In this document: one piece after another, positions 25,269 through 32,000 of the stretch
Layout of the letters: the number at the start of each line of letters is the position of its first letter
Numbering within the stretch: the first letter of the stretch is position 1
Source: Wolbachia endosymbiont strain TRS of Brugia malayi
GTDB lineage: Bacteria > Pseudomonadota > Alphaproteobacteria > Rickettsiales > Anaplasmataceae
Reading direction: 5' to 3'
Assembly: GCF_000008385.1 (NCBI RefSeq)
Contig: NC_006833.1
Span: forward strand, 930,001 to 962,000
DNA: 32,000 bases
The notes under the pieces: model-generated
The model's database searches: none
What the model was told of the DNA's origin: nothing
What the model saw: only the letters and a program-made list of their open reading frames with translations
Made by a program: the position numbers and the translations under genes

Positions 25269-26428
25269 TTACTTTAAAGCTACTTGTTTCCCTTTTACAA
25301 AAAATTTCTTGTGAAATTTAGCGAACATAATCACCAATGCACTATCTGCAGTAACGTTTGCACCAGCAATAACTGGATTAAGAATCACGCAAATTGCAGT
25401 TATTAATGACAACATAATCGGAAAAAACCTCAAATATCCCTCAATAATTCCTAGAATCACAATTATATCACTTCCTGGTCCCACAGTAGTAAATTTCAGT
25501 AAAAGAAAATATAACTAAGAAATATACAATGTTCCCATATTGTTAACGATTGAGTACCAAATGACTCTATAATTACCAAAGCTAGAATAATAACACAGAA
25601 ACAATTGCCAACGGAATTGGTACTTGTAATTATAGGAACCATGGAATCCACTATATTACGTTTTTTTACATCTTTTCTACCTCCCTCTAAAGTAACAGGT
25701 ATTGTAGCATCACTAGACAATGTTGCAATTGCTGTTACTAGTGCAGTTAGCATATTTTCATGCTACCTAGCTAATCCCTTATTCTAAAGAAATTTATAAC
25801 TCTATATAACAATACAACACAAATATAGATAATAATTATCATAATAATAAAGATTGCAATACAGCTCTTAAAAAGAGTTAATAATATTTCATCATGCTGC
25901 AATTTTAAGAAAAACCTAATATTAATATAGATAAAATAGGAATTAATGCTCTCTTGAGAAGAAAGAATTCATATCTACTAATTCTTTAGTGATAATATCA
26001 CTCTTTTATGGAATAATTTTATGTACAGTTATCTCAGCAATAAACTCAAGTAAATAGAGCCTAAAAATTTGAGATTAATGTTGGCAATTTAGATTTCCAT
26101 GAACTGCTCAGCACATTTTGCGGCAGTTCTACACTACAATTAATATGAAATTTTGTATAATAACATAGCCTGTAAGGTAACCAATAAGGCTTGAAAACAA
26201 ATTTGATAAGAAAATTGCTGCCAATAGTAATATCACGAGCTTAATTGCTGCGTTTTTAGGTTATTAACGCTATTGAATATAAAAGAAAAGATAATAAAAG
26301 ACATTTTAAAGCTTAAAATTTCTTTAATATTTAAGCTCACCAAGTATAAAAAAAATCTTTACATTAACAGGAACTAAATTTCCAAATAAAAGTGAAGAAA
26401 TAAAAACAATGAGCAGCAGTAGCAACAT
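25269..26428 (-). pseudogene. Dicarboxylate/amino acid:cation symporter (GltP/DctA family) pseudogene
   Basis: From the ATG at 26428: MLLLLLIVFISSLLFGNLVPVNVKIFFILGELKY*. A heavily degraded middle follows. The C-terminal fragments are TAIATLSSDATIPVTLEG..., ...PIITSTNSVG and GPGSDIIVILGIIEG..ILNPVIAGANVTADSALVIMFAK, versus the DAACS blocks SSSATLPVT, GATINMDG and GIPGAG..DR..DM.RT..NV.GD. Confidence 0.65.
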
Positions 26429-26641
26429 ATCTAGCGTAATAAATCGATAAAGGCTAGCCTACTTTAAATCTTCATAAATAAGAATGAACATTTGTCTTCT
26501 TGCAAAATTTCTGTAAGGCTTAATTACAAAACTTTAATGAAGTCCAGCATTAGTAACAGGAAATATAATCTGTTTAAAAATTTTTATTCAGTAATTTATT
26601 TATCAAAGGTATTATTTTTACCTATAGTAAAGTAGATTAGA

Positions 26642-27349
26642 ATGAAGTCTATCTTATTAACAAGGCCTTTATCAGATTCACTAAATACAAGAAGCACGCT
26701 AAAGAAATATGGGTACAAAGTATATATAGAACCAGCATTCACAATAAAGCATCTGCAGCCTGACATATCTGCATATAAATTTGATGTGGTAATATCCACA
26801 AGCAAGAACAGCGTGAAAGCATTTAGCCAAATATGCAGGGTAGATGATCTTCCAATTATTACAGTTGGTAATTCGACTATGCAAACTGCAAAGGATTCAG
26901 GGTTTTCTGATATTATATCAGCAGACAGCAATGTTGAAGGGCTGATATCGTTCGTAAAAAATTACTACTCAAGAGCAGTAAAGTTCTTATATATAAGGGG
27001 GCAAGAAGTATCATGTGACTTGAAAAAGAGATTATCTGAAGAAGGTTTTAATGTAAGAGAAGTTATACTCTATAAGACAATTATTAAAAGGGGACTAACT
27101 AATAGGTGTAAAAATTTACTGTTAGGTGGTAGAATTAATAGTGTTGCTTTTTTCTCCTCACAGACAGCAAGAATATTCTGTTCTTTAGTTCTAAAAAGTG
27201 GTTTATCTAATGTAATGGATAATATAACTGCATATGCTATGAGTAAAAATATTGTTGACAGCTTAAAGCCAATCAAATGGAAAAAAATTATAACATCGAG
27301 ACTGCCTACTCAAGAGAATTTAATTGACATAATTAATAAGGATTGCTGA
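26642..27349 (+). CDS. hemD: Uroporphyrinogen-III synthase (candidate)
   Basis: 235 aa with a two-lobe HemD-like pattern: ILLTRPL near the N-terminus, VVISTSKNSVKAF in lobe 1 and VAFFSSQTARIF in lobe 2. The family is poorly conserved, so this call is from pattern only. Confidence 0.6.
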   Translation: MKSILLTRPLSDSLNTRSTLKKYGYKVYIEPAFTIKHLQPDISAYKFDVVISTSKNSVKAFSQICRVDDLPIITVGNSTMQTAKDSGFSDIISADSNVEGLISFVKNYYSRAVKFLYIRGQEVSCDLKKRLSEEGFNVREVILYKTIIKRGLTNRCKNLLLGGRINSVAFFSSQTARIFCSLVLKSGLSNVMDNITAYAMSKNIVDSLKPIKWKKIITSRLPTQENLIDIINKDC

Positions 27350-28131
27350 TGCTAAAAATTGCAACTTGGAATGTAAATTCTATACGCAAGAGGGTTGACC
27401 AGCTCTGTAGTTTTATAGTCGATGATCAGATAGATATAATTTTACTGCAAGAGATAAAATGTACGGAAGAGCAATTTCCTTATGTAGAAATAGAGAAGTT
27501 GGGATATGAATGCATTGTCTATGGGGAAGTCGCAAGAAACGGCGTTTGCGTTCTATCTAAGCATCCGATACTAGAGAAATTTAAAATTGACATTGTAGAA
27601 GGTTATCAGGAAGCTCGCTACATAGAGTGCTTAATAAAACACAATAATCAAAAGATGAGAGTAGTTAGCATATACGTTCCAAATGGTCAAAGCCTGGGCT
27701 CTCATGTATTTGAATATAAACTCAAGTTTCTTGATAACCTATATGAAAGAATGGATAATTTGCTAAAGAATGAGGAGTTAATTGTTATAGCTGGCGATTA
27801 TAATGTTGCACCAGATGAAATTGACGTCTTTGATCCAACTTTATTGAATGGCCAAGTGTGTTTTCATATAAAAGAACGTGAGAAGTTAAAAGCAATCTTG
27901 AACCTTGGATTTAAAGATGCATTTAGAATGTCTCATCCAAACTTACAACAGTTTAGCTGGTGGCGCTATCAAGGTAATTCATTAAGAAATAATCAAGGAA
28001 TGCGAATAGATCATATGCTGTTATCACCACAAGCAGTTGATAAGTTGGGAATATGCTACATAGACGACAGGCTGCGCAAACTGGAAAATCCATCTGATCA
28101 TACACCTATTGTGTCCATTATGGAGTGGTAA
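27349..28131 (+). CDS. xth: Exodeoxyribonuclease III
   Basis: MLKIATWNVNSIR, ILLQEIK, GDYNVAP, RIDHMLLS and SDHTPIV. I prefer the ATG at 27349, which shares its A with the hemD TGA, over the TGG-free TTG at 27343 used by the ORF track. Confidence 0.9.
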   Translation: MLKIATWNVNSIRKRVDQLCSFIVDDQIDIILLQEIKCTEEQFPYVEIEKLGYECIVYGEVARNGVCVLSKHPILEKFKIDIVEGYQEARYIECLIKHNNQKMRVVSIYVPNGQSLGSHVFEYKLKFLDNLYERMDNLLKNEELIVIAGDYNVAPDEIDVFDPTLLNGQVCFHIKEREKLKAILNLGFKDAFRMSHPNLQQFSWWRYQGNSLRNNQGMRIDHMLLSPQAVDKLGICYIDDRLRKLENPSDHTPIVSIMEW

Positions 28132-28298
28132 TTTCCCTTGAAGAGTAAAAGGCAAGACTTAATCTGACAGACAAGCTATAGCAGAATATAATCTCAGAAT
28201 ACATTATTTCCGGTACTCTTATAAGTTTTTTGCCATAGACAACAGATTCTAGTGCCACATGCTACCATTTATTGTGTGAATTATCTTACAAAGTAAAT

Positions 28299-28359
28299 GT
28301 TCGTACAGTTGTGTGCTAACTACTTGGCTTAATGGACTTTAAACTGCAACTAATCTTTA
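28299..28359 (+). repeat. X module, copy B
   Basis: See 21187..21252. It is in the same (+) orientation but lies on the opposite side relative to the R1 polarity. Confidence 0.5.
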
Positions 28360-28363
28360 GCCT

Positions 28364-28671
28364 TAAATATTTAAAAATTTATTAATGAGAAAAAAGGCAA
28401 AAGAAATCCCATGTTAGATAGCTTTCACTCTCTAATCCTGCGAATTGGCGTACTATACTGTCTTAAACGCTTTATAAGCGAACTTCAGCTTATATAGGTA
28501 AAAACCTAGAAATGTTGTAAAGACATAAGGTACATATAGTGTAAAAAATAAAACATAAGACGCCAACTACGTGATACTTCGTCATTTAATCTGCACAGAT
28601 TGAAGATAACTGAATACCTTCAGTGCTACGGGGGCTTGAAAAAGCTTGTCAAGTGATTTTTCCGTTTCTAT
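28364..28671 (-). repeat. R1 repeat, copy B (inverted relative to copy A)
   Basis: Its reverse complement aligns with 20749..21060 along the whole length, roughly two-thirds identical by eye. The block CAATCTGTGCAGATTAAA is identical in both copies. Confidence 0.6.
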
Positions 28672-28743
28672 GCACTACTATGCCTCTATAATACAAGTAA
28701 AATAAACTGTGTATTTTTTCAATAAATTGACTATGCTAAAGGC

Positions 28744-29817
28744 ATGCAAAAACGTCATATAACCATTTATCTTATACTACTTCTCATAATGAGCATATTA
28801 TTCTTAGTACGCCCTATGGTTTTTCCGTGTTTAACGTCTATCGTCGTTGCGTATCTATTTAATCCGCTAGTAATAAAGTTTGAAAAGTATGGAATACCAA
28901 GGCTTTATTCTGTAATTTTCATAACATTTCTCCTGCTGATGGTTCTCATACTAGCTGTTACATTCATTTTACCTATTATATATGTTGAAATTATCTCAAT
29001 ATTAAATTTTTTAGTAAGTAAAGTATCCTCATTAAATCCTAAAGTTATCCAACCCGTACTAGAACTTCTTAATATAAAGATTGACAATGATTTGTTTGAC
29101 CACCTATCTAAAAATTTAGCAGAAAATTACAGTGATTATGTATCTTATTTCATAAATGCTTTTAATATTGCCAGTAACTTTATAACCCAGATGCTAAGCT
29201 CGAGCTTCAGCTTAATCCACATAGTATCATTAGTAGTGATCACTCCGGTAATGTTCTTCTATATATTGCGCGATTGGCCTCTCATTGTAGAAAAAGTTAA
29301 TAAATTAATTCCTATTCCTTATAGAAAAAAAGCTGCAGATTACTTTTCAAAAGTGGATTTTATTATGTCTAATTACTTGAAAGGGCAGGCAAATGTGTGC
29401 ATTGTTATGACAACTTTTTATTCTATAGGCCTTAGTATAATTGGATTGAAACATTCTATTGCTATTGGAATTTTATCAGGGACACTAACATTTATACCTT
29501 ATATAGGACCATCATTGTATACTATTATTGGATTTTTGAGCGCCGCTACTCAATTTAGTGGGTGGTTTGAAAGTGTTGCTATACTACTATTATTTGGTAT
29601 CGGGCAGTTAATAGATACAAATATACTAGCTCCTTTATTAGTAGGAAAAAAGGTTCATATACATCCAGCTATAATTATTATCGGAATTACCATATGTGCT
29701 TCATATTTGGGACTTATAGGAATATTACTTTTTGTTCCAATAATAGCAATATTTAATGTATCAGTAGGATGTGCAATCGACCAATATCTTAAAAGTGAGT
29801 TTTATAAAAGCGGCTAA
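28744..29817 (+). CDS. AI-2E family transporter (PerM/YhhT-like permease)
   Basis: 357 aa with about 8 TM segments. The length, topology and C-terminal G-rich helices (GILSGTLTFIPYIGP, LLFGIGQLIDTNILAPLLVGKKV) are typical of the AI-2E/UPF0118 family. Confidence 0.8.
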   Translation: MQKRHITIYLILLLIMSILFLVRPMVFPCLTSIVVAYLFNPLVIKFEKYGIPRLYSVIFITFLLLMVLILAVTFILPIIYVEIISILNFLVSKVSSLNPKVIQPVLELLNIKIDNDLFDHLSKNLAENYSDYVSYFINAFNIASNFITQMLSSSFSLIHIVSLVVITPVMFFYILRDWPLIVEKVNKLIPIPYRKKAADYFSKVDFIMSNYLKGQANVCIVMTTFYSIGLSIIGLKHSIAIGILSGTLTFIPYIGPSLYTIIGFLSAATQFSGWFESVAILLLFGIGQLIDTNILAPLLVGKKVHIHPAIIIIGITICASYLGLIGILLFVPIIAIFNVSVGCAIDQYLKSEFYKSG

Positions 29818-29939
29818 CAGATTTTTCATACAACCAACTCATGATAAGGAGAAATGAACCATAGAATATCTGAGGTACCTGAAAAAGGCGAGCAAATTTT
29901 GACACAAAGGTTACTAATCAGAGACACAAGATATTTAAC

Positions 29940-30575
29940 ATGCAACTGAATCTATTTAACAATAATCAGGTTGATTATAGTCGGCAAAATTACATCATTT
30001 TAGATGAGAATAAGCATATATATAATGCAGTAATTAATGACTTATCTTGGAAGTACCTGTTTCTCTTTGGACCTAAAGGCTCTGGTAAAACTCACCTTGC
30101 TCACATTTGGCAGTCAATAAACAATGCAATTTTTATCAATGTGAACAACTTTATAAGTGAGATTAGATATAGCAACGCTTTTATTTTAGAAGATGTACAA
30201 GATATTCAAGATGAAGCAACGCTATTACACTGTTACAACTATATGAAAGAAAATAACAAGAGGTTGCTAATTACTTCCTCAACTTCACCAAAAAGACTTA
30301 ATTTTAAATTGAAAGATTTAAGCTCCCGCATATTATCAACTATTAGCGCAAAAATTCCATCTGCAAGCGAGGAATTATTACGAATTATGTTAATAAAACG
30401 ATTTTCAGACAAACAGTTGAAAGTTGATCTGAAAGTGATTAATTATATTTTAGCAAGAATAGAGCGTTCTTTTTGTAGCATTAATAGAATTATAGAGAAA
30501 ATAGATAATGGATCTATGGGATCAAATGTTACCATTCCTTTTGTTAGCACCTTATTAAAAAGGGATACTACATAA
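29940..30575 (+). CDS. hda: DnaA-inactivation protein Hda-like (DnaA-domain III paralog)
   Basis: 211 aa. The extreme N-terminus MQLNLFN matches the QL.LF beta-clamp-binding motif. It also has Walker A LFGPKGSGKTHLAHIW, Walker B-like FILEDVQ and a DnaA-like sensor region LLITSSTSP...DLSSRL. Confidence 0.7.
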   Translation: MQLNLFNNNQVDYSRQNYIILDENKHIYNAVINDLSWKYLFLFGPKGSGKTHLAHIWQSINNAIFINVNNFISEIRYSNAFILEDVQDIQDEATLLHCYNYMKENNKRLLITSSTSPKRLNFKLKDLSSRILSTISAKIPSASEELLRIMLIKRFSDKQLKVDLKVINYILARIERSFCSINRIIEKIDNGSMGSNVTIPFVSTLLKRDTT

Positions 30576-30946
30576 TTCCTTTTTTTTTGCAAAGCATTCT
30601 TTGCATATACCAAAAATTTATTAACATCTGTGACACTGACATCATTAAAATCTCCGCTTATTTATGCCAAGAGTATAAGAATATTATATCATAATAAGTA
30701 TGGACAGATATGATTAGGGAGCAGCATATTATAGTAGGACTCACTTTGTTAAGATGTTTTCTGCAGATTTGATGTTATAATTAATCATGGTAAGAGCAAG
30801 ATCGAATCTAAAAAAAAGGCTAAGACGAAGGTTTATTATGCTTATCCTATTGGCAAATACTTTATTTATTTTGTATTTTTTAATAAGGAATACGGGCAAC
30901 ATTTCCAATCAAATAATAGTAAAAGAAATAAATATAGGAGCTGACA

Positions 30947-31933
30947 ATGAAAGATAAGCAGTTACATAATAAAAAAGAAAATCTTTACATCACATATTAC
31001 ATAGATGCTTTAGTGTCAGAAAGGTCCGCTACACAAAATACTTTAGAAAGTTATCGTTCAGATTTACATCAACTTGAAGATTTTCTGCTGAAAAGTGGTA
31101 CTACTTTGGTTGGTGCAAGCAAAACTAATATTAAAGATTATGTGAAGTCTCTATGCACACAAAAAAAATACAAAAGTAGTTCTATATCAAGAAAAATATC
31201 TGCCATGAAAAATTTTTATAAGTGCCTATTTAACGATGGAATAATAGATTCTAACCCAGCTCCAGCTAACGATGACGAATTAAAAAATCCAAAGGTTTTT
31301 CGTCCTTTGCCTAAGTATCTAAGCGTTAAAGAAATGCTTTTGCTGATAGATACAGTTAGAAAATCAGCAAACGAACCGAACAAAGAGATAAATAGTAGAA
31401 GGTTATGCGCTATTTTAGACATCCTCTACTCTTCTGGCATGCGTATCTCTGAATTAATTAGCATGAAATTATGCGAAGTGTCACATTTATTAAACAGTAG
31501 TGACAAAGAATGTTATATAATAATAAAAGGAAAAAGCAGTAAAGAAAGGCAAATCCTCTTTAATGAGCAAGCATTGCAGAGCCTTAGAAATTACTTGTTA
31601 GCCCGCGATAATCTGATTTCTGATAGAAAGGAATCTGATTGGTTGTTTCCAGGTAACAAACCTAATAAGCCAATTACAAGACAGAGAATCGGTCAGTTGG
31701 TTAAGGAATTAGCGAAAAAATGCAATATTGATGAAAATAAAATCTCCCCACATGTGATTAGACACTCCTTTGCCACTCATCTACTAGATAGTGGAGCAAG
31801 CATTATGCTGATACAGAAAATTCTTGGACATACTAACCTTTCTACAACACAAATATACACTCATATTGCTAATAAAAAATTAAAGGATAAATTAGCTAAT
31901 TCACATCCTATCACTCAGATAATCAATAGTTAA
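30947..31933 (+). CDS. xerD: Site-specific tyrosine recombinase XerD
   Basis: YIDALVSERSATQNTLESYRSDL (compare E. coli XerD FLDALWLEKNLAENTLNAYRRDL), LYSSGMRISEL, GKSSKERQILF, ITRQRIGQLVKELA..ISPHVIRHSFATHLL and LGHTNLSTTQIYTHI. Confidence 0.8.
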   Translation: MKDKQLHNKKENLYITYYIDALVSERSATQNTLESYRSDLHQLEDFLLKSGTTLVGASKTNIKDYVKSLCTQKKYKSSSISRKISAMKNFYKCLFNDGIIDSNPAPANDDELKNPKVFRPLPKYLSVKEMLLLIDTVRKSANEPNKEINSRRLCAILDILYSSGMRISELISMKLCEVSHLLNSSDKECYIIIKGKSSKERQILFNEQALQSLRNYLLARDNLISDRKESDWLFPGNKPNKPITRQRIGQLVKELAKKCNIDENKISPHVIRHSFATHLLDSGASIMLIQKILGHTNLSTTQIYTHIANKKLKDKLANSHPITQIINS

Positions 31934-32000
31934 ACTTGTTGTTTTTAATTTATAGTAAAGTTAAATTCAAATAAAGTTCATTTGGGAACAGGCTTTTGTG

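Noticed and set aside
29854-29949. 31-aa ORF (MNHRISEVPEKGEQILTQRLLIRDTRYLTCN) preceded by AAGGAG, just upstream of and overlapping the hda start
   Set aside because: The Shine-Dalgarno-like sequence is only about 2-3 nt from the ATG, which is too close. The ORF is very short with no recognisable motif, and there is no independent support.
30579-30605. Hairpin TGCAAAG-CATT-CTTTGCA after hda, adjacent to a T-run
   Set aside because: The T-run precedes the stem on the + strand, and an A-run follows it on the minus strand. It is therefore not a canonical intrinsic terminator in either direction.
30787-30957. 56-aa ORF (MVRARSNLKKRLRRRFIMLILLANTLFILYFLIRNTG...) with a signal-anchor-like N-terminus, overlapping the xerD start by 11 nt
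   Set aside because: It could be a small membrane protein or the stump of a lost gene. It is below the ORF-track threshold, has no visible RBS and no motif, so there is not enough evidence to call it.
7481-31422. Many 60-150-aa ORFs in the track that lie antisense inside strong genes: 7481..7678, 10090..10317, 10492..10695, 11892..12200, 12463..12663, 12946..13140, 13963..14409, 14864..15091, 15134..15469, 18585..18839, 19566..20021, 20345..20760, 21436..21654, 21820..22140, 23376..23774, 26596..26931, 26699..26884, 27070..27276, 28905..29087, 31216..31422
   Set aside because: Each is fully nested opposite a gene with clear family motifs. They have no recognisable motifs themselves and show the skewed composition expected of shadow frames in AT-rich DNA.
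31950-32000. Possible 3' end of a minus-strand gene (..HKSLFPNELYLNLTLL*) entering from the right edge
   Set aside because: Only 16 codons are visible, which is impossible to distinguish from chance.

Overview
This AT-rich, decay-rich window reads like a reduced Rickettsiales/Anaplasmataceae (Wolbachia-like) chromosome. That placement is inferred from gene content, palindromic repeats and IS630/IS110/HK97-capsid debris; no database search was possible.

**Intact genes.** rmuC (partial, off the left edge), ubiB, znuC/znuA, ndk, hemH, a GshA-type glutamate-cysteine ligase, hslV-hslU, polA, tldD, tRNA-Leu(CAG), a hemD candidate, xth, an AI-2E transporter, hda and xerD. There are also four lineage-specific membrane ORFs with no recognisable family.

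**Decay zones.** Three stretches (about 994-6350, 16005-18160 and 23960-26470) hold pseudogenes and mobile-element remnants.

**What is absent.** I found no CRISPR array, no rRNA, no intact transposase, and no recognisable defence, toxin-antitoxin or secretion operon. I cannot honestly point to a convincing novel multi-gene system.

**Leads worth a second look:**
1. A palindromic repeat element sits in-frame inside ferrochelatase (hemH).
2. A diverged pair of ~310-bp inverted repeats brackets a 7.3-kb segment. Both copies keep an identical 6-2-6 inverted-repeat core and have an adjacent ~65-bp module in flipped relative orientation.
3. hemH is sandwiched between two orphan multi-pass membrane ORFs on the same strand, with a zero-nt junction to the upstream one.
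4. Two orphan ORFs carry a bilobed hydrophobic hairpin with a shared F-x-I-P turn.
5. The divergent znuC and znuA genes have start codons that overlap back-to-back.

All identities and percentages below are by-eye estimates, not computed values.
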